A stretch of DNA of 64,000 bases from Bacteroidales bacterium (GTDB lineage: Bacteria > Bacteroidota > Bacteroidia > Bacteroidales > GCA-2748055), in assembly GCA_029210725.1 (NCBI GenBank), contig JARGFM010000014.1:42519-106518 (forward strand), written 5' to 3'. Shown one piece after another: positions 28,821-36,709 of this stretch. Position numbers and translations under genes: made by a program. Position 1 is the first letter of the stretch. Each line of letters opens with the position of its first letter. The notes beneath the pieces are model-generated. The model ran no database searches. It was not told where the DNA came from and saw nothing but the letters and a program-made list of their open reading frames with translations.

Positions 28821-30076
28821 AAGAAATAGTAGATGGCAGCCAGGATTCTCAGATTATCGGCACGGCTTGTTTCTGCGGGGATATAAAATTCATCATAGTT
28901 TTCTCCATAGGCTGCAGAGGTATATTCCACCTCCATGGCTAATCTGACCTTCCCGGCATTATAGATAACACGGGGAGCGATCCTGTAAAGGCTTCGGATA
29001 TTTGTGGCCCTGCCATAAACGGCCGTCGGGAACAGGATGCTCTCTTTGCTTCCGTTATTGCTGGTGAGTCCGCCGAAAATACCCACCTGAGGGTTCCCGT
29101 TACTATGTAACTCTCCCCAGAATGTCATGCTTCTAAGGGGGGAGTAGGAGCGCTCCCCGGTGGTAATATCATTAATTCCGGTGATGGCAAAACCACTGAT
29201 GGCCAGCACGTCTGAGATATTCTCCCCATAGCGGACCTGCAATTTGGCAGTAAGTGGGCCGGTCACCACTTTTGTAAAGGCCATGGCGGTAAGACCTCCG
29301 ACCTTCTCGTCGACCCGGTAGCTCACCCCGCTCAGCGATGTACTGGACAGGCGTGGCACAATGGTCTTATAGGCGGCGCCCGCACCAGCCAGGAAGCTCA
29401 CTTTTGATTCATGGCCGGCAGCGAAATGAACCTGCAGGTGCATATCTGGTACCGCACTGTTTCTGAGATACTCGGAGCTTGCCCCGTTTTCCCCCAGGGA
29501 AGTAAAGTCGCGCTGGGAAAGAGCGGCAGCTAGGAAACTTAGTCCGCCTGTCTGATAGGTGACCCTGAGCTGGGGATTCCGGGCAAAGGACTGGAGCGGG
29601 GTTCCCGTATTGAAGGAGACGGTCCCCGGGAAACAGCTGTTTACGAAGAGCGGGTTCCAGAACTGGCCCGCCAAAACTTCCAGATGCTCCCAGTTGAGTT
29701 TGATAAGAGCGTGACGAAGCCTGAGAAGGTTTATATTGTCGTTGGCCTGGGCAAAGAAATCCCCTTCAATCAGGCCGGAGGTTTTCGCCCCGAAAGCGTC
29801 GGGCCCGGTGATTTTTCCGCTCAGCCGGGACTGGATGGCCAGAAAGTTGAAATTGGCTTTCCCGTTGATATCATTTCCCGCTTCATCCCGATCCAGGGGG
29901 GAGGGCCACAGCAGGAAGTGTCCCTCCCTGGCTGCGACGGTCTGTCTGGAATCCCAGAAGAAATCGTTTTTTACAAATCCGGATAATTTGATGCCAAATG
30001 CAGCTTCTTCCTTTTCCTGGGCGTTCACGGCCAGGGTGGTGAGAAGAGCCATCGCGATAAGGGTATATCGTTTCAT
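28817..30076 (-). CDS. Outer-membrane beta-barrel, putative porin
   Basis: 419-aa ORF with signal peptide MKRYTLIAMALLTTLAVNAQ. It has an alternating amphipathic-strand character and a C-terminal aromatic end, AAIYYFF. It is the last gene of the transporter operon. Confidence 0.6.
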   Translation of the reverse strand: MKRYTLIAMALLTTLAVNAQEKEEAAFGIKLSGFVKNDFFWDSRQTVAAREGHFLLWPSPLDRDEAGNDINGKANFNFLAIQSRLSGKITGPDAFGAKTSGLIEGDFFAQANDNINLLRLRHALIKLNWEHLEVLAGQFWNPLFVNSCFPGTVSFNTGTPLQSFARNPQLRVTYQTGGLSFLAAALSQRDFTSLGENGASSEYLRNSAVPDMHLQVHFAAGHESKVSFLAGAGAAYKTIVPRLSSTSLSGVSYRVDEKVGGLTAMAFTKVVTGPLTAKLQVRYGENISDVLAISGFAITGINDITTGERSYSPLRSMTFWGELHSNGNPQVGIFGGLTSNNGSKESILFPTAVYGRATNIRSLYRIAPRVIYNAGKVRLAMEVEYTSAAYGENYDEFYIPAETSRADNLRILAAIYYFF

Positions 30077-30090
30077 GCTGTCAGGTTTAG

Positions 30091-30882
30091 TTATTTGCTT
30101 GATATCTCTTTTTTCGGAGGGAACATTTTTTGAATCAGGTTTCGTTTTTTCACAGGCCTGCCAAGCAGTTTATTCAGGTTGTTTTCGGCATCCAGGTTCC
30201 GGTCCCACAAATCGATGGCTTGTTCATATTGTGTCACAGCTTCGGTATAGTCTTTCCGGATACGGTTTACCAGACCCAGGTTGGTGTAACAAACTGAAAG
30301 TCTTCTCTGGTTCTCAAGCAGGGCATTGCTGATCTCTTTCACCCTGTTATCGAGGTATTTATCCGCCTGGCCCGTATGTCTTTGCTCCATTCCCTGCATG
30401 AATTCTTCCCCGATCATCTGCCTGATTTCTTCTTCCTCTTTTCCTTCGAAACGTTCGTTCCATCCCCGGTAGATGTCCATGGCTGTCCGGATGTTGGTTT
30501 CTGCCATGGACACCAGGGAGTCGGGCGGCAGGTCCGTGAAGGGATTTACCGCATCCGGTATACTGTCCCGGTAGAGGGCAATGGTCAGCAGGGCAGCGGC
30601 TCTGTTGTTATGCAGGACTCCCAGTTCAAATGATCCGGCATAATGCGGGGTTTCCCGGTAGATGGCGGCGATGGAGTCCAGCAGAACGAAAATACGGAAG
30701 TAGTCGCCCGACCGGGCATCGCTGTCATATTGTTCGTAAAGCTCTCTGGCATGAAGGATCCTCGGATCCACATTGCGGTTCAGGTTCCCATAGTAGGCCC
30801 GGGCCACAAGGATCCCAGCCACCACAATGACGGCCATGATCCCAACGAGCCTGCCAGTGGAGCGTTGAGCAGCAGCGTTCAT
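30091..30882 (-). CDS. Membrane-anchored TPR-like protein, unknown function
   Basis: 263-aa ORF with one N-terminal TM helix (LVGIMAVIVVAGILVA). It is helical, with a TPR-like segment near the C-terminus (CYTNLGLVNRIRKDYTEAVTQYEQAIDLWD). Confidence 0.5.
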   Translation of the reverse strand: MNAAAQRSTGRLVGIMAVIVVAGILVARAYYGNLNRNVDPRILHARELYEQYDSDARSGDYFRIFVLLDSIAAIYRETPHYAGSFELGVLHNNRAAALLTIALYRDSIPDAVNPFTDLPPDSLVSMAETNIRTAMDIYRGWNERFEGKEEEEIRQMIGEEFMQGMEQRHTGQADKYLDNRVKEISNALLENQRRLSVCYTNLGLVNRIRKDYTEAVTQYEQAIDLWDRNLDAENNLNKLLGRPVKKRNLIQKMFPPKKEISSK

Positions 30883-30888
30883 CTTTTG

Positions 30889-32559
30889 TTAACTATGAAC
30901 CTGTTCGATAAGGAACTTCCTGATCTCAATGGGTGTTTCTTTGGTCATTCGTGATACAATGATATGTACGATGATGGCCAGCGGAGCACCGAACCAGGCA
31001 AAATACCAGGCTTCGAGCCAGTAAGAAATGAATTCGTGAGCTGGAAGAGTTACTCCCGATTTTCCTGCAATAAAATAGGTAATGGCTATGATGGACACGG
31101 TCCCGCCGGTAATCAGACCGGCAATGGCACCCGACCTGTTGGATCCGCTCCACCAGATTCCCAGCAGGAAAAGAGGGAATATGGTACAGCCGGCCAGTGA
31201 GAATGCTACGGCTACGAGCTGACCGATCAGTGCAAAATTCTTCAGAGCAATCAGGGTGACGATAATGGCCATCAGTATGGTCCCAAGCCGAGCGTAAAGC
31301 AGCTGTTTCCCGGGACTTGCCTGAGGATTGATCACTTTTACATAGAGGTCGTGGGCAAAGGCTGAAGAACCCGCCACCAGCAGCCCCGATACCGTAGAGA
31401 AGGCGGCAGATACACCTCCGGCAGCCAGAAGTCCCACAATCAGCGGATGAACATTACCGAGCTGGGCCGTGTAGACCACAATGGCATCTTTGGCCAGCGT
31501 TCCCACTTCAGGGTGTGCGGAAAGGATCTTGCCAAAGGCGGCGTAAGCCGGTGCACTCCAGTAGAGAATGCAGATAAAGAAAAGTCCCCAGACCACCGAC
31601 CATCTGGCATCCTTTGCCTTGGGTACCACGTAAAACCTCTGGATTACATGGGGAAGGCCGGCTGTCCCGATCATCAGGGAAAAGGCAATGGCGATCCACT
31701 GGAAAAAGGTTTTACCGGTGGCCGGATCCCAGGGCATGGCAAATTCAGGCACAGGAACCACGGCATAATCATGGCCCAGGGAGTTAATCAGTGCCTTGGT
31801 CTCGTTGACGGGCAGGCCTGTGATGGCATCGGAGACCACCGATCCGTACCCAATCTGAGGCAGCAGCCAGAAATAGTCAAACTTGGCGGTCAGAATAAAG
31901 AGAGGGATCAGGAAAGAAATAATAATGATGACATACTGGATCTGCATATTCTTGGTGACTCCCAGCATCCCGGATATCAGGGTATAGGTCAGCACTACAG
32001 TACCACCAATGATCACAGCCAGAGGATACTGGATTCCCAGGATCCACTTGAACATCAGACCGATTCCGCCAAACTGCCCCACACAGTATGAGATGGATAT
32101 CAGGATGGCAATAATGGCACCAACGGCCCGAAGGCTTTTTGAATAGTAGCGGTCACCAATAAAATCGGCTGCGGTATATTTTCCGTATTTCCGTATCTGA
32201 CCGGCCATCATGATCAGCAATAATACATAGCCGCCGGTCCAACCCACCACATAGGAGAGGCCATGGTATCCTGAACCGTACATCAGAGCAGCCATTCCCA
32301 GAAACGAAGCGGCACTCATCCAGTTGGAGGCAATGGCCATCCCCGAACCAACTTTGGAAATGCCTCGTCCGGCCGCATAAAAATCGGTGGTGTCCTTGGC
32401 ACGGAAGATAATTCCCACCAAAACGAACAGGATCAGTATGGTTATTAAAATAATGGCAGGTCCAACCTTAAATCCGCCTTCCAGCTGTGTGGCAGCTGTA
32501 GCTGCCTGAAGCAGGGCAGGAAAGGAGAGCAAAACAAGGGGTAATATAATTTTTTTCAT
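30889..32559 (-). CDS. Sodium:solute symporter family transporter, large subunit (VC_2705/ActP-like)
   Basis: 556-aa polytopic ORF with the typical SSS N-terminal block DFYAAGRGISKVGSGMAIASNWMSAASFLG. It is preceded by a DUF4212-type small-subunit gene, as in the VC_2704/VC_2705 arrangement. Confidence 0.85.
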   Translation of the reverse strand: MKKIILPLVLLSFPALLQAATAATQLEGGFKVGPAIILITILILFVLVGIIFRAKDTTDFYAAGRGISKVGSGMAIASNWMSAASFLGMAALMYGSGYHGLSYVVGWTGGYVLLLIMMAGQIRKYGKYTAADFIGDRYYSKSLRAVGAIIAILISISYCVGQFGGIGLMFKWILGIQYPLAVIIGGTVVLTYTLISGMLGVTKNMQIQYVIIIISFLIPLFILTAKFDYFWLLPQIGYGSVVSDAITGLPVNETKALINSLGHDYAVVPVPEFAMPWDPATGKTFFQWIAIAFSLMIGTAGLPHVIQRFYVVPKAKDARWSVVWGLFFICILYWSAPAYAAFGKILSAHPEVGTLAKDAIVVYTAQLGNVHPLIVGLLAAGGVSAAFSTVSGLLVAGSSAFAHDLYVKVINPQASPGKQLLYARLGTILMAIIVTLIALKNFALIGQLVAVAFSLAGCTIFPLFLLGIWWSGSNRSGAIAGLITGGTVSIIAITYFIAGKSGVTLPAHEFISYWLEAWYFAWFGAPLAIIVHIIVSRMTKETPIEIRKFLIEQVHS

Positions 32560-32592
32560 GTTTGGAATCTTTTTTAAATGAATACCGGTTGA

Positions 32593-33339
32593 TCAGTCTT
32601 CTACACCGTACCTTTTGTTATACATATCTGTTCTTACACAGTAGAGCCAGCATAAGCCCACAAAAAGTATCAACAGAAATACTGCGGTATAGAAGTAATG
32701 GAAGGGAAAACCCAGAAATTTTGTATCTGTGAGGGCCGACCTGTTGTGTATCAGGTAGAGTCCCATGGTTTCCACCATCCGTTCCCTGCCGGTATCTTCA
32801 AAAGATTCCATCAGTGCGGATTTTACTTCGAGAGGTGCGATCCTGGAACGCACATCCAGTTCATTGAGAGCAAAGAGTTCTGCCAGAACAGGGATGAGTT
32901 CATCTTTCATGGCCACGTAGGCTTCATCCGATATATCGGTAATGGATCCGGCATAAGATTCAAAATCTGATAAAGTCATCTTCAGATCCTCTTTCTGATC
33001 TGATATCTGGAAGGCAAAATGACTCAAAGCTTGATTCAGGAGCAGTTTATCACCGGGATCCAGGGCTATTTTTCCCAGTACAGAAAGCACCGCCTGTCCG
33101 GCTTCCTGGTAATCTGACACAGTAGCTGTTCCGGCTTCAATGGCCTGCCAGCTTGATTCAAACTGGGTATAGGAAGGTTCCGGAACTGGTTTTTCCAGGA
33201 TTTTCAAAAGGATCTGGAAACCAAAGATGGCCACAGCCCATATTAAAACGAGCTGTACCACCATGTTTCTGTTATGTCTGGCACTTTCAGTGCTGGGCTT
33301 GAAGAAACTCATGTGATAATCATTCTCTGAGGGATTCAT
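32593..33339 (-). CDS. Solute:sodium symporter small subunit (DUF4212-like) carrying a large internal insertion
   Basis: N-terminal TM1 (NRNMVVQLVLIWAVAIFGFQILL) and the C-terminal block FLGFPFHYFYTAVFLLILFVGLCWLYCVRTDMYNKRYGVED match the two halves of the roughly 85-aa DUF4212 domain. About 155 aa of non-membrane sequence separates them. An alternative start lies at ATG 33312. Confidence 0.6.
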   Translation of the reverse strand: MNPSENDYHMSFFKPSTESARHNRNMVVQLVLIWAVAIFGFQILLKILEKPVPEPSYTQFESSWQAIEAGTATVSDYQEAGQAVLSVLGKIALDPGDKLLLNQALSHFAFQISDQKEDLKMTLSDFESYAGSITDISDEAYVAMKDELIPVLAELFALNELDVRSRIAPLEVKSALMESFEDTGRERMVETMGLYLIHNRSALTDTKFLGFPFHYFYTAVFLLILFVGLCWLYCVRTDMYNKRYGVED

Positions 33340-33412
33340 AGGAAAGTTGGGGTGTTAGTTAGAAAGTTGTTGGCTTGGTAAAATGGATTGCTGGTTTATG
33401 CAGTGACAATAT

Positions 33413-33445
33413 AAAAAAAAAGGTTGACCGTTTCCGCGGTCAACC
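33413..33445 (-). terminator. Rho-independent terminator after the 33487-34871 gene pair
   Basis: A 9-bp stem pairs GGTTGACCG (33422-33430) with CGGTCAACC (33437-33445) around a 6-nt loop. On the minus strand it is followed by a 9-T run (plus-strand A-run 33413-33421). Confidence 0.75.
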
Positions 33446-33486
33446 CTCATTCAGGTAATTTTTTTTAAAGCATTTGTGGCGCAATG

Positions 33487-33933
33487 TCAGTCATCTTTGG
33501 ATCCGAACATGATGGCCACACAACCCTCCTCCGGTTCATCCACATTTCCTTCAGGAACAGGCACTTTGACCATGATCTTCAGTTGCTGACTCGATTCCAG
33601 GTTAAAATCCCATTTCCAGTCATAGTCATTCAGGCTGTTGTCATAAAGAACTTTGCCGTTTCTTGTATCGAGTACCTTGAATTCAACAAGCTCCAGGTTA
33701 TTCGCACCACACACGCCGATCCTGTATTCCCTGTCCGAATAGAAGGTCTTGTAAAGCTCCGCTTCTTCACCTTCGATCAACAGGGCAGCATGGTAATTTC
33801 CGTCATGCTGATAAGGTTCGAGGCTGGCCTTGCAGGTATTTTTGGCGAACTGTTTGCACTGTGCATTCATTGCTACTGGCAAAAAGATCATGCAAGCAAG
33901 CAGGGATATAAAGAGTATGCCTTTCTTCGTCAT
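33487..33933 (-). CDS. Secreted hypothetical protein (148 aa)
   Basis: Signal peptide MTKKGILFISLLACMIFLPVAMNAQ. Four Cys residues and a beta-rich composition. No recognised motif. Confidence 0.6.
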   Translation of the reverse strand: MTKKGILFISLLACMIFLPVAMNAQCKQFAKNTCKASLEPYQHDGNYHAALLIEGEEAELYKTFYSDREYRIGVCGANNLELVEFKVLDTRNGKVLYDNSLNDYDWKWDFNLESSQQLKIMVKVPVPEGNVDEPEEGCVAIMFGSKDD

Positions 33934-33944
33934 GATATATGGTG

Positions 33945-34871
33945 TTAAGATATATAGCTACTTCTTAGTTCAATAACTTTTTCCTTCAACTCAGTAAAAA
34001 CCCGTTGAGTGACCTTATAAGATGATTCTGACTTGATCGTGGTTATGTTGGTTTCAGGATCTTCAACGGTGGTGATCTCACCCTGGTTCATGGTGATTTT
34101 ATCGAAGATGCTCTTAAGTGCTTTCACATCTTCCAGGACCTCCTGAGCATCTTTATCTTCCGGTGAAGATTCCAGCAGGTTGACCATGATATCCAGCGAT
34201 AGTTTCTGATCTACGATACGTTCAACCAGTTTATTACCATCCAAGTCATTTTCATTTACCAGGCTGGTGGCAATGTAAAGCCCTTCCACCCATCCTCCGA
34301 CCAGGATCACCGATGCAGTTCCTTCCAGATCATTCTCTTCAAGAAAGGAGCTGGAGTTCATCAGTGTCTCGGAGATGATATCGATGATGGCATCCCGGTT
34401 ATTGATTTGCTCCTCCAGCCGTGTCACTGTCTCTTCGTCGATGGCATCGAGGATATTTAGCCCGTCTGCCATCTCCTTGGCCGCCCCGATATAGTCCAGA
34501 GTTGCCTGGCTCTGGTCGAAGAGGCTGGCATAGCTTAAGTCTGTAGAGTAAATCCCCAGGTTCAGCGCTTTGCTTTTGGAGGTGATGTACCTGGAGGTAT
34601 TGGAAGTCGGATTCATTAACTCCTCATTGTACTCCGCCCCGGCATTTTTTATTAACATGGCAGTCTCCAGAGGGGAAGGAAGTGAATAGAAGATCCTCTT
34701 TGCTGTATTCAACTGTTTCTGAGTTTCTGCATCAAGCGTACCAGTGGCTTCAAATTCCCCGGAGCCATCACCTTCACTTTTTGGTCCCCGCTTACATCCG
34801 CTCAGAAAAAGTCCGAGGGCGACCAGGAAAAGAAGGAAGAATCTACCCGATGATAATAGGTTACGGTTCAT
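33945..34871 (-). CDS. Hypothetical lipoprotein (308 aa)
   Basis: Lipobox LFLSGC after a hydrophobic N-terminus. The mature part is helical and acidic. No recognised motif. Confidence 0.6.
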   Translation of the reverse strand: MNRNLLSSGRFFLLFLVALGLFLSGCKRGPKSEGDGSGEFEATGTLDAETQKQLNTAKRIFYSLPSPLETAMLIKNAGAEYNEELMNPTSNTSRYITSKSKALNLGIYSTDLSYASLFDQSQATLDYIGAAKEMADGLNILDAIDEETVTRLEEQINNRDAIIDIISETLMNSSSFLEENDLEGTASVILVGGWVEGLYIATSLVNENDLDGNKLVERIVDQKLSLDIMVNLLESSPEDKDAQEVLEDVKALKSIFDKITMNQGEITTVEDPETNITTIKSESSYKVTQRVFTELKEKVIELRSSYIS

Positions 34872-34994
34872 AGCTTAGTGGTTTTATTTGCAGGGTTGTT
34901 TTTCTTTGTTAGAAGCATGCTTATTAAGTAAAAATAATACTTTTTTGATATATAACCGGAGCTTTTGCCATAGTAAATGTACGTAAAAGTTAGG

Positions 34995-35639
34995 TCAGGG
35001 TTTCTTCTTCTTATTAACATAGCGGCAAATCTGGCGAATGCCACATGTATCACAGGCCGGATTGCGTGCGGTACAGACATAACGGCCATGAAGGATCAGC
35101 CAGTGGTGAGCCAGCGGAATCTTATCTTCGGGAATGTACCTGACAAGTTGCATCTCGGCTTCATAGGGGTTCCTGGCCCTGCGGGTGAGTCCGATTCGCG
35201 CCGCTACCCGGAAGACATGCGTATCCACAGCCATGGCCGGTTTCCGGAAAACCACAGAGAGTATCACATTGGCCGTTTTGCGTCCCACACCGGGCAATTC
35301 CTGCAGTTCTTCCAGGGTATCGGGGACCATTCCCCGGAACTTCTGATCCAGCACGCGGGCCATTCCCAGCAGGTGCCTGGCTTTGTTGTTGGGGTAGGAA
35401 CAAGTCTTTATTAACTCCAGTACCTGCTCCTGCCTGGCAGCCGCCAGGGATGCCGCATCGGGAAAGATTCTGAAGAAGGAGGGGGTAATCAGATTGACCC
35501 GCTTATCGGTACACTGGGCAGAGAGGATGACCGCCACCAGGAGTTCATAGGGATCCGAATATTCCAGTTCGGTTTCTGCCACCGGCATCTCCCTGAAAAA
35601 ATAGTCGATCACTTTTTCAAATCTCTCCGCTGTTTTCAC
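34995..35639 (-). CDS. nth: Endonuclease III
   Basis: 214-aa ORF with the HhH-GPD block LPGVGRKTANV, the catalytic block VDTHVFRV, and the 4Fe-4S cluster motif C-x6-C-x2-C-x5-C (CTARNPACDTCGIRQIC). Confidence 0.9.
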   Translation of the reverse strand: MKTAERFEKVIDYFFREMPVAETELEYSDPYELLVAVILSAQCTDKRVNLITPSFFRIFPDAASLAAARQEQVLELIKTCSYPNNKARHLLGMARVLDQKFRGMVPDTLEELQELPGVGRKTANVILSVVFRKPAMAVDTHVFRVAARIGLTRRARNPYEAEMQLVRYIPEDKIPLAHHWLILHGRYVCTARNPACDTCGIRQICRYVNKKKKP

Positions 35640-35698
35640 AAGGACAATATTAATAAAACTTTAGTTTTGCTCCTTACTCCTTACAGTTTGGAAGGTAG

Positions 35699-35730
35699 TT
35701 TGCTAATTTGCTAATAATTGTTTAAGTTTG
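35699..35730 (+). promoter_or_regulatory. Candidate Bacteroidota sigma-A promoter of the aromatic operon (-33 TTTG, 20-nt spacer, -7 TAAGTTTG)
   Basis: TTTG lies at 35699-35702 and TAAGTTTG at 35723-35730, matching the TTTG-N19-21-TAnnTTTG architecture. The -7 box ends 18 nt before the leader-peptide ATG. Further TTTG-containing repeats occur at 35662-35669 (TAGTTTTG), 35685-35690 and 35705-35710. Confidence 0.45.
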
Positions 35731-35748
35731 CATCCGATTGTAAGCTAC

Positions 35749-35799
35749 ATGGCATTCAGAAGTACCGTATATTATTTTTACTTTTTTACCTGCAGATAG
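35749..35799 (+). CDS. Phe/Tyr-rich leader peptide MAFRSTVYYFYFFTCR (16 codons) of the aromatic amino-acid operon
   Basis: The reading is ATG GCA TTC AGA AGT ACC GTA TAT TAT TTT TAC TTT TTT ACC TGC AGA TAG. Seven of 16 codons are Phe or Tyr, with six in a row at 35770-35787. The ORF sits between a promoter candidate and an intrinsic terminator directly upstream of pheA. Confidence 0.6.
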   Translation: MAFRSTVYYFYFFTCR

Positions 35800-35827
35800 C
35801 TGGTCGGGACTCTTTTATGCTTGCGAT

Positions 35828-35857
35828 ACCCGGCTGTTGAGTCGGGTTTTTTGTTTT
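35828..35857 (+). terminator. Attenuator (intrinsic terminator) preceding pheA
   Basis: ACCCGGCT (35828-35835) pairs with AGTCGGGT (35840-35847) around a GTTG loop, giving 8 bp including one G-U. TTTTTTGTTTT follows, ending at 35857, 7 nt before the pheA ATG. An upstream copy, GTCGGG at 35803-35808, can pair with CCCGGC at 35829-35834 as an antiterminator. Confidence 0.6.
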
Positions 35858-35863
35858 AGACCA

Positions 35864-36700
35864 ATGAAGAAAATAGCGATACAGGGCGGTTATGGGGCAT
35901 TCCACGAGATTGCTGCGCATCATTATTTTGAAAATGAGGAGATAGATATTCTTCCCAGAAATACTTTCAGGGATATGGTGAGCACTTTGAAAGATCAGCA
36001 ATGTGATTTTGGAATCATGGCCATAGAAAATTCACTGGCAGGCAGTATTATCCCCAACTACAACCTGATTATCAACACCAGCATGCATATTACCGGGGAG
36101 ATCTACCTGAGAATAAAACAGAACCTCGTGGCCCTTCCGGGTGTGAATATTTCGGAGATCAGGGAGGTCTATTCCCATCCCATGGCCATATTGCAGTGCC
36201 AGGACTTTTTTGATAAGCACCCCCACATCCGCCTGATCGAAAGTATGGATACGGCCCTGAGTGCGAAGGAGGTTGCCGATACGGGAGCCAGGGACCTGGG
36301 AGCTATATCCAGCAGGCTGGCAGCTGAAAAATATGGATTGGAGATCATTGCCGGGAGCATCGAGACCAATAAAATGAACTATACCCGCTTCCTGATCCTT
36401 TCAGAGAACGGAACGCGTACGCCGCCGGGGGAGGTAAATAAGGCCTCCGTTTTCTTTACCGTTGCGCATAAATTCGGATCCCTTTCAAAGATCCTATCCA
36501 TCCTGTCCTATTATGAGATCAACCTGGCCAAAATACAGTCCATGCCCATAGTTGGAAAGGATTGGGAATACATGTTCTTTGTGGATGTGGAGATAAATGA
36601 TTACGATATGTATAAAAGATCCCTGGAGGCCATCGGACCCTTTACCCCGTCCATTGGAATCCTGGGTGAATATAGAAAAGGAAAAACAGTCATTGAATAA
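35864..36700 (+). CDS. pheA: Prephenate dehydratase (PDT plus ACT domain)
   Basis: MKKIAIQGGYGAFHE..., a TRF-type block (NYTRFLIL), and a C-terminal ACT-like region with an ESRP-like IQSMP. The track start TTG 35837 lies inside the terminator, so ATG 35864 is preferred. Confidence 0.9.
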   Translation: MKKIAIQGGYGAFHEIAAHHYFENEEIDILPRNTFRDMVSTLKDQQCDFGIMAIENSLAGSIIPNYNLIINTSMHITGEIYLRIKQNLVALPGVNISEIREVYSHPMAILQCQDFFDKHPHIRLIESMDTALSAKEVADTGARDLGAISSRLAAEKYGLEIIAGSIETNKMNYTRFLILSENGTRTPPGEVNKASVFFTVAHKFGSLSKILSILSYYEINLAKIQSMPIVGKDWEYMFFVDVEINDYDMYKRSLEAIGPFTPSIGILGEYRKGKTVIE

Positions 36701-36709
36701 GCAGGAATT

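Noticed and set aside
35817-35840. Second mini-ORF, ATG CTT GCG ATA CCC GGC TGT TGA (MLAIPGC), inside the attenuator
   Set aside because: It contains no Phe or Tyr regulatory codons and overlaps the terminator's 5' arm. It is more likely a chance ORF within the RNA structure than a leader peptide.
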